DNA of 64,000 nt from the NCBI GenBank assembly GCA_041666745.1, contig JBAYGI010000001.1:6447-70446 (forward strand), in the 5' to 3' direction. Source of the DNA: Candidatus Magasanikiibacteriota bacterium (GTDB lineage Bacteria; Patescibacteriota; Patescibacteriia; Magasanikbacterales; GWA2-37-8). A program made the translations under genes and the position numbers. The notes beneath the pieces are model-generated. The model worked only from the letters and a program-made list of their open reading frames with translations. It was not told the origin of the DNA and ran no database searches. Shown piece by piece: positions 1 through 8,371 of the stretch (position 1 is the stretch's first letter; each line of letters opens with the position of its first letter).

Positions 1-379
1 TTGGCCAAAATAATAGTTCATCAGCATCAATAAAAAATAGTGCTCCATCCTCAAGCTCCATTCCTTCTTTTTCAGTATTACTTTTGTACTTACACAAAAC
101 ACCAAACTCCTTTGATGTGCCCATGACAACAACTTTTTTGCCTTCTTGAATAAATCCCTTATTTTCTGAACCATGGCCAGTTTTACCTCGCGCTAGGTCC
201 ACCCATGGCAGACTTGTTTCATAGCCAAAATTTGCAGCCCCACCAAGACTAGGAATAGTAAACTCACTTCCTTTTGTTAACTCTTTTTGTTCTCTACTTT
301 TTTTAAATGAGTTAAAGTCAATAATGTTATCTTGGCCTTCAATTGGCTCTTTTGGGCCGCCTACAAATTTTTCTACCAT
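1..379 (-). CDS. hypothetical protein, partial (N-terminus at 379, C-terminus beyond window start)
   Basis: Reverse-strand ATG at 377-379 opens a stop-free frame that runs off the window edge (MVEKFVGGPKEPIEGQDNIIDFNSF...). It is absent from the ORF track because it is truncated. No recognisable domain. Confidence 0.4.
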   Translation of the reverse strand, partial: MVEKFVGGPKEPIEGQDNIIDFNSFKKSREQKELTKGSEFTIPSLGGAANFGYETSLPWVDLARGKTGHGSENKGFIQEGKKVVVMGTSKEFGVLCKYKSNTEKEGMELEDGALFFIDADELLFWP

Positions 380-575
380 ATGTTTGATTTAGTTAAATTT
401 TATTTATCACTTTGTATTATGTGCGATTAAAAAATTAATAATAAAGGAGAATTTTGTAGCTATTTCGCCGAATGCGCGGCGGTTATCCAACGTCGTCCCG
501 TAGCAAACCCGCAGGTTTGCGTAGGGGTGATGTTGGATAACCGCTGTTATGCGATGTCCGGAGCGAAGCGACGGA

Positions 576-603
576 TTTCGCATAATGTATCGGCGTATGC
601 GAA
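576..603. other. dif-like 28-bp site (candidate Xer recombination site)
   Basis: TTTCGCATAAT-GTATCG-GCGTATGCGAA has an 8-bp inverted arm TTCGCATA/TATGCGAA around a central spacer. It shares the 12-mer CGCATAATGTAT with E. coli dif (GGTGCGCATAATGTATATTATGTTAAAT). It lies about 0.9 kb from the only tyrosine recombinase in the window. Confidence 0.3.
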
Positions 604-746
604 GTTGCCGATTTTTCTCCTTAATCGTATCAGATATAGAGAAAATCGGCAATTTGGTCGAGCATTTGGCGTCAGCCAAGCGCGAACCACATACGCCGTG
701 TTATGCGTTGTAGCGAAAAGCAACGACTGCCTGCGAAGGCGGCCGT

Positions 747-780
747 TATATTTCTGGTAATTTATTGTTGCGCGCGTGGT
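747..780. repeat. left inverted repeat bracketing the 781-1263 ORF
   Basis: Reverse complement of 747-780 is gaccacgcgcgcaacaataaattaccagaaatat. The partner 1308-1337 is gaccacgcaataataaattaccagaaatat: an 8-mer plus a 19-mer match with a short indel. Confidence 0.7.
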
Positions 781-1263
781 CTATTTTTGTTCTTGTTTAA
801 GAAGTATGTTTGTAACTTGTTCATGCCAGTCTGGCCCCATCACGGCACTTTCCAGCTGTTCCCTTTCTCTGTTTGCCATACTGAAGCTGAACGAAACCGA
901 CTCTACACTCAACATGACATCTAAAGCAGAAAGTTCAGTATTTCCGAATTCACGCAGAACACTGATGCCTTCCTTCTGAACACGTTGATTTAGAGATGCG
1001 ATTGCGTCTACTCCCCAGTCTGATTTTATGGCATCAGGCCATGTAGCGATTTTTTCTCGATTTTTTGGTTGATTAAATCCTGCTGAAGCCATAATGAGTG
1101 CTTTCTCTAACAGCGGTTTATACTGCCCATTTTTTTCAGCCATGTCAAGCAATTGATCAAGAGTATAGCGAGTGTTTTCTAAAGCTTCATGTCTCTCATT
1201 TTCAGATTTTCTCCTTGCCGTCTCTTCTGGAGAAGGCGGTTGATATCGTGGATAGTCTCCCAT
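781..1263 (-). CDS. hypothetical protein (160 aa) inside an IR-bracketed segment
   Basis: Complete ORF, no recognisable motif. GC is slightly above the genome background. A TATAAAT-like element lies between the ORF start and the right IR on the reverse strand. Confidence 0.5.
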   Translation of the reverse strand: MGDYPRYQPPSPEETARRKSENERHEALENTRYTLDQLLDMAEKNGQYKPLLEKALIMASAGFNQPKNREKIATWPDAIKSDWGVDAIASLNQRVQKEGISVLREFGNTELSALDVMLSVESVSFSFSMANREREQLESAVMGPDWHEQVTNILLKQEQK

Positions 1264-1307
1264 ATTTTTGTTAGTTAAAAATTATTTATAATTATTTTTG
1301 TTACGTC

Positions 1308-1337
1308 GACCACGCAATAATAAATTACCAGAAATAT
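1308..1337. repeat. right inverted repeat bracketing the 781-1263 ORF
   Basis: Partner of 747-780, described there. Confidence 0.7.
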
Positions 1338-1460
1338 CAAAAATTTTCAAGAAATTTTTGGCTTTTCGCTATTACGCATAACTACTGATAAACCAACCTG
1401 TTGTTTTTTTGGCTAAAAAATGATAAAATAATTTGGTAAATTTTAATTCATAAAGGGGGT

Positions 1461-2303
1461 ATGAACCAAAATATTTATTTTCCAAGTCAGGATCCGATTT
1501 TGAAATTAAGGCAAGAAATGAAATTGCGGAATTTTAGCCAAAAAACAGTAAAAAGTTACATCTATTATATCTCTCATTGCCTAAAATGGTCAAGGAAAAG
1601 CCCGCGAGATATTAACACGGCGGATATTCGTCAATATTTGGAACATTTGGCGGATACCGGTGTGTCGGCTTCTACATTGAATTCTGCCTATAGCGCTTTG
1701 AAATTCTATTTTGGCGCTATTTTGCATCGTAATTTTTTCGTAAATATTCCGCGCGCTAAAAAAGACAAACAATTGCCAACGATTTTGTCAAAAGGTGAAG
1801 TAGTCAAAATGATAGAATTGACGAAAAATATTAAACATAATTGTGTATTGAAATTGCTGTATGGAACTGGGTTGCGAGTGGGTGAATTGGTGCGATTAAA
1901 GATGAAAGAGATAGATTTTGCGCGCGGGCTGATAAATGTTCGTAATGGTAAGGGAGCAAAAGACAGGTGTACGGTTTTGCCAAAAAGTTTGGTGGAAATT
2001 TTGGAAAATCAGGCGAGAATTAAAAAAACTGACGCTTTTTTATTTACCAATGGCCGTGGTGGGCGACTGACCGAGGCGACAATGCAAAAAGTCGTGGCTC
2101 AGGCGGCACAACGGGCGGGGATTAGTAAAAATGTTTCACCGCATACATTGCGCCATAGCTTTGCCACCCATCTACTTGAAAATGGGACGGATATAAGGTA
2201 TATTCAAGAGTTGTTGGGGCATGCGAAGTTGGCGACAACGCAGATTTATACGCATGTGGCCAATAGTAATTTACAGGGGATTAAAAGTCCGTTGGACGTA
2301 TGA
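1461..2303 (+). CDS. xerC: tyrosine site-specific recombinase (XerC/XerD-like integrase)
   Basis: 280 aa. Arg box GLRVGELVRL. Box II HTLRHSFATHLLENGTDIRYIQELLGHAKLATTQIYTHV carries the H-x-x-R ... H ... Y catalytic pattern. An extended -10 TGATAAAAT sits at 1421-1429. The TGA stop overlaps the next gene's ATG (ATGA). Confidence 0.85.
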   Translation: MNQNIYFPSQDPILKLRQEMKLRNFSQKTVKSYIYYISHCLKWSRKSPRDINTADIRQYLEHLADTGVSASTLNSAYSALKFYFGAILHRNFFVNIPRAKKDKQLPTILSKGEVVKMIELTKNIKHNCVLKLLYGTGLRVGELVRLKMKEIDFARGLINVRNGKGAKDRCTVLPKSLVEILENQARIKKTDAFLFTNGRGGRLTEATMQKVVAQAAQRAGISKNVSPHTLRHSFATHLLENGTDIRYIQELLGHAKLATTQIYTHVANSNLQGIKSPLDV

Positions 2304-3619
2304 ATACAAAAATTGCTCAACAATTAAAAAATTTGCCTGATGCGCCTGGGGTGTATCTGTTTTTTAATTCCAAAAAGGAGCTGATATATGTCGGCAAGGC
2401 GTCGTCTTTGAAAAACCGCGTGAGAGGATATTTTAAGGAGCTGGATTCCCGCCTGCGCGGGAATGACAAGAGTGGATTGTCACGTCCGATAGAGGAAATG
2501 ATTCACGAAGTGATGAACTTCAAAACGGAAGAAACCGATTCGGCTTTGGAGGCGGCGATTTTGGAAGGGAAGTATATTAAGGAAAATAGGCCGAAATATA
2601 ATATTGATTGGCGGGATGATAAGAGTTGGAATTATATTGTTATTACAAAGGATAAGTTTCCACGAGTTTTGACTATTCGTCAACATGAGTTAAAAAATGG
2701 AGGAGGGATTCCTCCGCTCGCTACGCTCGGTCGGAATGACAAACGACTTCGCGGGAATGACAAATATAAGTATGTGTTTGGGCCGTATCCGGGGTTGAAC
2801 ACCAAAGAAGCCTTGCGTTTATTGCGTAAAATTTTTCTTTTTTCTACTTGTGAACCAAATGCCAAGCGTCCGTGTTTTTCTTATCAGATCGGTCAATGTT
2901 TGGGAGTGTGTACGGGAGAAATTTCACCCAAAGATTATTCGGCAAAAGTAATTCGACCACTTTGTTTATTTTTGGGTGGAAAGAAAAAAATATTAATGAA
3001 GAAAACAGAAAAAGAAATGAACATGGCCGCTAAATTGGAAAATTTTGAAGAGGCGAGCAGATTGAGAAACCAACTTCGTCATTTGCAAAAAATTCAAGAC
3101 GTGGCTTTATTGAATGATAGTTTTTTGAGAGATATTACGAAAAGGAATTCCTTGGCCGGTCGGAATGACATGAGGATCGAGGGTTATGATATCTCCAATC
3201 TAGGTAGTAGCAATAAAGTGGGTAGTATGGTAGTATTTGATGAGGTTGGGCCGGTAAAAAATCAATATCGTAAATTCAAAATCAAGACAGTGGTGGGGCA
3301 GAGTGATGTGGATTGTTTGGCGGAAGTGTTGGAGCGTCGGATAAAACATGCCGAATGGATATTGCCAAATATTTTTTTAATTGACGGTGGTTTGCCTCAA
3401 GTAAATAAAACTAAATCGGTTTTGCGAAGGGCTGGGATAAATACACCGATAGTCGGCATTGCCAAAGGGGCAAAGCGTAAACGCAATGATTTTTTTGTAG
3501 TAACTGAATCTTTGGAGATAAAAAACTGGATAAAAGAAAATAAAGAGCTGTTGATCAGAGTCCGCGACGAAGCGCATCGATTTGCTATCAAGTTTAATCG
3601 AGTACAGAGAAAAATATGA
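2300..3619 (+). CDS. uvrC: excinuclease ABC subunit C-like (UvrC lacking the C-terminal HhH2 domain)
   Basis: GIY-YIG N-terminus (GVYLFFNSKKELIYVGKASSLKNRVRGYF). Cys-rich region CFSYQIGQCLGVCTG. UVR motif EEASRLRNQLRHLQ. RNaseH-like endonuclease domain (RIEGYDISNLG...IAKGAKRKRND...RDEAHRFAI). Ends with TGA. Hosts three in-frame palindromic-repeat insertions. Confidence 0.8.
   Translation: MNTKIAQQLKNLPDAPGVYLFFNSKKELIYVGKASSLKNRVRGYFKELDSRLRGNDKSGLSRPIEEMIHEVMNFKTEETDSALEAAILEGKYIKENRPKYNIDWRDDKSWNYIVITKDKFPRVLTIRQHELKNGGGIPPLATLGRNDKRLRGNDKYKYVFGPYPGLNTKEALRLLRKIFLFSTCEPNAKRPCFSYQIGQCLGVCTGEISPKDYSAKVIRPLCLFLGGKKKILMKKTEKEMNMAAKLENFEEASRLRNQLRHLQKIQDVALLNDSFLRDITKRNSLAGRNDMRIEGYDISNLGSSNKVGSMVVFDEVGPVKNQYRKFKIKTVVGQSDVDCLAEVLERRIKHAEWILPNIFLIDGGLPQVNKTKSVLRRAGINTPIVGIAKGAKRKRNDFFVVTESLEIKNWIKENKELLIRVRDEAHRFAIKFNRVQRKI
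2443..2469. repeat. TGTCATTCC/GGAATC palindromic element, in-frame in uvrC
   Basis: ggattcccgcctgcgcgggaatgacaa encodes DSRLRGNDK. Confidence 0.7.
2705..2763. repeat. palindromic element, 1.5 tandem copies, in-frame in uvrC
   Basis: gggattcctccgctcgctacgctcggtcggaatgaca followed by cgacttcgcgggaatgacaa encodes GIPPLATLGRNDKRLRGNDK. Its reverse complement closely matches the intergenic copy at 7445-7505. Confidence 0.7.
3144..3170. repeat. palindromic element, in-frame in uvrC
   Basis: ggaattccttggccggtcggaatgaca encodes LAGRNDM. Confidence 0.6.
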
Positions 3620-3666
3620 AATTAACCCAAAAGATGGGTAAATAAGCGCTAAATAGGGGGGTAGGC

Positions 3667-4026
3667 TTGACATTTTTTCATTTTTTGTTTATTATATTGC
3701 TGTTTATGTTAGCCAAAAATAATCGAGGCGAATCTTGGTTGGAAGCATTAAAATTCATTGGTCATTGTCCGATTTGCAATCAGCGTTATGAAGAAAATCA
3801 GGCCAAGCTTTTTGCCAAACATGATTCAGCCAATTTGATTCATATTACTTGTGGCAAATGCGCCGGTAATTTTATTGCCATGATAGTGATGATGGGGCAA
3901 GGATTGAGTTCGGTTGGTATGGTGACAGATCTGACGTTTGAGGATGCTAAACAACTTTATAAAACAGCGCCACTGACAGTAGATGAAGTTATCAGTGGTT
4001 ATCAATTTTTTCAAAAAAATTATTAA
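3667..4026 (+). CDS. hypothetical small protein with N-terminal TM segment and CxxC...CxxC zinc-ribbon
   Basis: TTG start at 3667 follows a GGGGGG RBS; the alternative ATG is at 3706. CPICNQ ... CGKCAG motif. Confidence 0.45.
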   Translation: MTFFHFLFIILLFMLAKNNRGESWLEALKFIGHCPICNQRYEENQAKLFAKHDSANLIHITCGKCAGNFIAMIVMMGQGLSSVGMVTDLTFEDAKQLYKTAPLTVDEVISGYQFFQKNY

Positions 4027-4048
4027 TAATAAATTAAATTTGTAAGAT

Positions 4049-4759
4049 ATGACATATTTGTTGCAAGCGGTGACCCGCACTATCAAAGGAGCAGACTCTC
4101 GTGAACAGGGGAAATTACCGGCCGTGACTTACGGAGCGGGAAATGAAACTATTTCCTTGGATTTGAATTATGCTGATTTCCTCAAACTCTACAAACAAGC
4201 TGGTGATTCCAGTTTGATTGATTTGGAAATTGACGGAAAAAATGTTGGAAAAGTATTGGTGCACGAAGTACAATATAATCCGGTAAAAGATACTCCAACT
4301 CATGTGGATTTGCGTCGTATTGATATGAACAAAGTAATGCAAGCTCCAGTGGTGTTGCATTTCATTGGCGAAGCTCCAGCAGTAAAATCTATGGGTGGTA
4401 CTTTGGTACAAAACATCTCTCAGGTTACTGTAGAATGTTTGCCAAAAGATTTGGTATCCGCTCTTGAAATTGATTTATCTATTTTGAAGTCTTTTGAAGA
4501 AGTGGTCAAAGTGAAAGATTTGGTTTTACCAGCCGGTTTGAAAATCGTGGCTCCTCAAGGCGATGTGTTGGTGACCAAAGTTGTCGCCTCAATGACTGAA
4601 GAAGAAATCAAAGCCATGGAAGAAGCTGGCAAAAATATGGATGTCAGTAAGATCGAATCTGCTGCCAAGAAGAAAGAAGAAGAGGCAGTGGAGGGTGAAG
4701 CTCCAGCCGCTGGCGCTGAAAAGAAGGTTGAAGAAAAGAAACCAGCTGAAAAGAAATAA
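4049..4759 (+). CDS. rplY: 50S ribosomal protein L25 (Ctc form) with Lys/Glu-rich C-terminal tail
   Basis: LPAVTYGAGNETISLDLNYADF...VLVHEVQYNPVKDTPTHVDLRRI matches the L25/Ctc beta-barrel. Confidence 0.85.
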   Translation: MTYLLQAVTRTIKGADSREQGKLPAVTYGAGNETISLDLNYADFLKLYKQAGDSSLIDLEIDGKNVGKVLVHEVQYNPVKDTPTHVDLRRIDMNKVMQAPVVLHFIGEAPAVKSMGGTLVQNISQVTVECLPKDLVSALEIDLSILKSFEEVVKVKDLVLPAGLKIVAPQGDVLVTKVVASMTEEEIKAMEEAGKNMDVSKIESAAKKKEEEAVEGEAPAAGAEKKVEEKKPAEKK

Positions 4760-4772
4760 TACAAAATTACGA

Positions 4773-4803
4773 ACACCCTTCTTTTTGGAGGGTGTTTTTT
4801 TTG
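4773..4803 (+). terminator. rho-independent terminator
   Basis: acaccct/agggtgt stem followed by a T8 run. Confidence 0.75.
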
Positions 4804-4855
4804 CTTTTTTATGATTAATTTGTTAATATTTAGAGGTTAGTTTAAAAAAATATTT

Positions 4856-6406
4856 ATGACCGATTTCTTAGATCCAAATTCAGCAGATGCGGCAAAATTT
4901 AGAGCGACAAAAGATGTTGAAACTAAAACGATAGCTAATGAATTGCCGTTTGATCAAGTAAAAGCAGAAGTGGCTGGCTATAAAGGTGATGGTTTTGAAG
5001 CAGTAGAAAAAGTTGAAGATGTTGGTTTGGTGGAATATTTACAACGCCTCAAGGCCGATCGCGGTCGTTATTTAGGTAATATTGTCCACCAAGGAGTGCG
5101 TGATCATTATGGAATGTCAGAGCACAGTGGGGGTTTGGGTCTCTATGAAAAAGAGTTAGAGAGAATAGTGGAAAGTGGTGCGCTGATCAGTACGGTTTTA
5201 AAAGATTTACAAAATGAGGAAAAATTAAAAATGGCAGTGGCTGAAATTCGTCAACATGCGTCCGAAGGATTATCTTTGGAAGCTTCGGTAGAAAAATATT
5301 TACATTCAGAATTTGAAGCTGGTCGTTATGATTATCAAGGAGTTGTGGATCAGGTCGCGATTCACGTCAGCAGTAATTATATTATCAACGCTCATTATGG
5401 AGCGGAGACCGGCAATGAAAGCTGTGTGGTTTTCCCCGAGCAGGTCGCTTTAAAAAACAGAATATTTTATGGTCGGGCGATTGTTTCTTCTGATGTTGAA
5501 ACAAAATATAACGATGTTTATTTGTGGCCAAAACAGGAAAAAGAAAATCGTTTGGATATCAATGGTGCTTTATTGTTTTTATCGAGAGATAACCAAGTGG
5601 GTAAAGAAACAGGTTCTATTTATGAAGTTAAAGGCGGTCAAGCTGTTTTAGATTATGAAAAAATGGATAAATTATCAGTTGATACTAAGGCGATACAACT
5701 TAATAAAAATTTAAATTGGTTTTTATCTCGCTGTGATTATCTAAAAATTAAAGATCAAATATTATCTGAAATAGGCGAACAAGATAGAACTTTTTTAGCC
5801 GATTTATTAAAAAAATTATTAGAAACGGAGCGTGTTAGTGAAATTGGCATGGCATTTATGGCCATTTTGGATCCGGAACAATTCAAGAAAGAATTTTTGT
5901 CGGTTGAAGAAGATCGAATGCGTGGTTTTGGTGTTGATGTTGAGCGTCTAAGAAAAATTTTAGATAATGATAGTACACGTTTGGCTGTAAAAGATTTTTT
6001 TGAGAGGTATAGCGATTTATATACTAGTTTAGCTAATAGCGGTAAAGGTCTGTTTTATAAAACCGCAGAACAGCCAGTATTATCTAAAAATTATTATGAT
6101 AATTTTATCCGTCAGCGATTGGACGGTGTGCAGATGACTACCGTTAAGAGTGATAAACAAGATATTGTGGAATATCGCGGGGTGAATAAAGAAGGACAGA
6201 AGGAAGTTTTGCGGGTAGTGTATTACAGAGCTCACGATCCAAATGAGGCAATTCAAGAATTTTATGATGATTTTGAGGTTGATTTTGATAAAACAATATT
6301 AGGGGAAGGTGGAAAAGGGAGTACCAGTTTTACAGAGGTGGACTTTCGTTATGATTACAATCGTTTAAAACAAAAGTTGGTTGAGATGGCTCAAACTTCA
6401 AAATAA
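4856..6406 (+). CDS. hypothetical protein (516 aa)
   Basis: Long ORF at local codon usage; no recognisable motifs. Confidence 0.6.
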   Translation: MTDFLDPNSADAAKFRATKDVETKTIANELPFDQVKAEVAGYKGDGFEAVEKVEDVGLVEYLQRLKADRGRYLGNIVHQGVRDHYGMSEHSGGLGLYEKELERIVESGALISTVLKDLQNEEKLKMAVAEIRQHASEGLSLEASVEKYLHSEFEAGRYDYQGVVDQVAIHVSSNYIINAHYGAETGNESCVVFPEQVALKNRIFYGRAIVSSDVETKYNDVYLWPKQEKENRLDINGALLFLSRDNQVGKETGSIYEVKGGQAVLDYEKMDKLSVDTKAIQLNKNLNWFLSRCDYLKIKDQILSEIGEQDRTFLADLLKKLLETERVSEIGMAFMAILDPEQFKKEFLSVEEDRMRGFGVDVERLRKILDNDSTRLAVKDFFERYSDLYTSLANSGKGLFYKTAEQPVLSKNYYDNFIRQRLDGVQMTTVKSDKQDIVEYRGVNKEGQKEVLRVVYYRAHDPNEAIQEFYDDFEVDFDKTILGEGGKGSTSFTEVDFRYDYNRLKQKLVEMAQTSK

Positions 6407-6408
6407 AT

Positions 6409-7437
6409 ATGATAAATAAAATAGTTAATAATAAAAAGTTTTTTAATATTTTTTTAGTGGTATTTGTAGTGATTGTTTTATTGGCCGTGTCGTATTTTAT
6501 TTGGCAAAGTTTTGATCATAAAATTTCTTGGAAAAAATTTGTCACACCTCCAGTTGTTTTTTATAGTTCGTTGGATGGTTTGCCGGTTAGTAGTACTCAA
6601 AAGGTCAGTTCGACCGTGGTTGGTATTATGATTGACAATCACCCATACGCTCGTCCACAAAGCGGGTTGTTGTCTGCCAAAATAGTTTATGAGGCGCTGG
6701 TGGAGGGTGGTATCACTCGGTATTTTGCTATTTTTGATAGCGAACAAAATGTAGAAAAAGTTGGTCCGGTACGTAGTGCTCGGTCATATTTTATTGATTG
6801 GTTGCAAGAATATGGTGGGTTATACATGCATTGCGGTGGGTCACCAGAGGCATTGGATAGATTGAGAAAAGAAAGTATTTTTGATCTCAACGAAATGTTT
6901 CGTGGTGCTTATTTTTGGCGTGATGACAATAAATTTGCTCCACACAACCTGTTTACTAATAGTGAAAATTGGAATAAGGCGCTGTTGGCATTTCCTGAAG
7001 ATAAAAATATTTTTAATAACACGTGGCAGTTTGGCGAATTGTCATCCAGTAGTTTGGAAATGGTAAAAAATATTTCCATCGAATATTCATCGGATTATGC
7101 GGTGGGGTGGCAATATGATGAAAATCTGAAAAACTATGGTCGGTATATAAATGGTGCGGTAGAGCAGGAGAACCAAATAAATCTGACAGCTGACAGTGTT
7201 GTGATTCAATATGTGAAATCACGAGTCATTGATGATTATGGTCGGCGAGAAATCACCACCGATGGACAGGGCGATCTGCGGTTGTTGCGAGATGGTGTAA
7301 TGGCGCGAGGTATTTGGAAAAAAGAAAATGGACGAACTAGGTTTTATGATAATGCCGGGCAAGAGTTGAACTTGAAGGCTGGCAAAATTTGGGTACAGGT
7401 GGTGCCGTTGGACACGGAAATAAAAATCACCGCTTAA
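6409..7437 (+). CDS. membrane-anchored DUF3048-like protein (YerB-like)
   Basis: N-terminal TM helix, then IDNHPYARPQSGLLSAKIVYEALVEGGITRYFAIF, which is typical of DUF3048. Confidence 0.55.
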   Translation: MINKIVNNKKFFNIFLVVFVVIVLLAVSYFIWQSFDHKISWKKFVTPPVVFYSSLDGLPVSSTQKVSSTVVGIMIDNHPYARPQSGLLSAKIVYEALVEGGITRYFAIFDSEQNVEKVGPVRSARSYFIDWLQEYGGLYMHCGGSPEALDRLRKESIFDLNEMFRGAYFWRDDNKFAPHNLFTNSENWNKALLAFPEDKNIFNNTWQFGELSSSSLEMVKNISIEYSSDYAVGWQYDENLKNYGRYINGAVEQENQINLTADSVVIQYVKSRVIDDYGRREITTDGQGDLRLLRDGVMARGIWKKENGRTRFYDNAGQELNLKAGKIWVQVVPLDTEIKITA

Positions 7438-7444
7438 ACAAAAT

Positions 7445-7505
7445 TGTCATCCCGACCGAGTTTCGCAACGAGCGGAGGGATCCCTCGGTTTCACTCGGGA
7501 TGACA
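7445..7505. repeat. extended palindromic element (same family) between convergent genes
   Basis: tgtcatcccgaccgag...gagggatccctc...ctcgggatgaca. Matches the reverse complement of 2705-2741. Likely also acts as a bidirectional terminator. Confidence 0.7.
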
Positions 7506-7513
7506 GCGCGGTA

Positions 7514-8371
7514 TTAGGTGGATATTTTTAGTATTCGATCTAGACCGGCGAGGTCTTTTTTTATTTCTGTTGTACTTTGTGGTAAATAATGTTTGGCCAG
7601 TTGTTTTATTTGCTCACTTTGATTTGGGTCGATTTCCAAAAAAATCAAGAGTTTTTTGTTGGAAAACAGGCTGGAGATTTGTTTTAGGAGTTGGCGGTAT
7701 AGGGCTAGTCCATTTTCTTTGGCCACCAATGCAATCCTCGGTTCTTTTTGGATTGAAGGCTCTGTTTTGATCTGTGCAACTGTCAGATAAGGGAGGTTGG
7801 CGGTGATTATTATTTGGTCAAATGATGAATGATCGAGATTAAGTATTTTTGTTAGTAAATTACTTTTTAAAAGTTCCAAATTTTTATTGTCATTCCCGTG
7901 AAAACGGGAATCCAGAATCTTTATAATATTTTTTTTAGCTATTTTTAATGCTTGATTGGAAATATCCAAAGCAATAGTCCGGCTAATATTTTTGCTGTTT
8001 TTTAAAATGGAAATTGGAATACAACCACTGCCGGTGCCGACATCAATCAGCAATATTTTTTTTGACGAATCTTTTATTTCATTTAATACATTTTCTACCA
8101 TCAATTCGGTTTCCGGACGGGGGATCAAAACGTGTTTGTTTACCAAAAATTCTAAACCAAAAAATTCTTTTTGTCCGGTGATTGAGGCTACCGAATATCC
8201 TCGATTGAATAAAAATAAATAATAAATAAAACGCCAATATTGTGCCAAATCCAGTTGGTATTCCGGATGGGAGAGTACAAAAACCCGATCTTTGTGAATG
8301 GCTTGTGCCAACAATAATTCGGCTTCAATCGTCGAGTTTTTGAGAAGATTTTTTATGGTAAAATTAAACAT
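7514..8371 (-). CDS. prmC: release-factor glutamine N5-methyltransferase PrmC/HemK
   Basis: SAM motif [20 protein letters not shown]-like motif NLPY. Overlaps prfA, the classic operon arrangement. Contains an in-frame palindromic repeat encoding [10 protein letters not shown] at 7887-7913. Confidence 0.8.
   Translation of the reverse strand: MFNFTIKNLLKNSTIEAELLLAQAIHKDRVFVLSHPEYQLDLAQYWRFIYYLFLFNRGYSVASITGQKEFFGLEFLVNKHVLIPRPETELMVENVLNEIKDSSKKILLIDVGTGSGCIPISILKNSKNISRTIALDISNQALKIAKKNIIKILDSRFHGNDNKNLELLKSNLLTKILNLDHSSFDQIIITANLPYLTVAQIKTEPSIQKEPRIALVAKENGLALYRQLLKQISSLFSNKKLLIFLEIDPNQSEQIKQLAKHYLPQSTTEIKKDLAGLDRILKIST
7887..7913. repeat. palindromic element, in-frame in prmC
   Basis: ttgtcattcccgtgaaaacgggaatcc. 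Confidence 0.7.

Larger units (their letters stand above)
466..780. other. GC-rich, densely hairpinned noncoding block (candidate structured RNA or recombination site)
   Basis: GC is clearly above the flanks. There are nested inverted repeats: cgccg-aatgcg-cggcg at 466-482; a 62-bp imperfect hairpin at 481-542 with an apical gcaaacc/ggtttgc stem; ttatgcga/tcgcataa; a perfect 14-bp stem ttgccgattttctc/gagaaaatcggcaa at 605-651; and a direct repeat tgttatgcgatg/tgttatgcgttg. The ORFs called here (407-679 minus, 527-760 plus) have no protein-like character. Confidence 0.4.

Noticed and set aside
481-542. Integron attC-like hairpin (ATCCAAC...GTTGGAT fits RYYYAAC/GTTRRRY) with the divergent ORF as a cassette
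   Set aside because: The recombinase is a 280-aa Xer-type protein without the IntI-specific additional domain. It is translationally coupled to uvrC, and only one such site exists. I kept it as a weaker alternative inside the structured-region finding.
407-760. ORFs 407-679 (minus) and 527-760 (plus) inside the GC-rich structured block
   Set aside because: They overlap each other and are made of palindromic repeats. They have no protein-like composition or RBS context and are by-products of GC-rich hairpin DNA.
781-1263. Transposase identity for the IR-flanked 160-aa ORF (IS200/IS605-like size)
   Set aside because: No HuH/Y1 or DDE motifs are visible, so it is treated as a passenger of unknown function.
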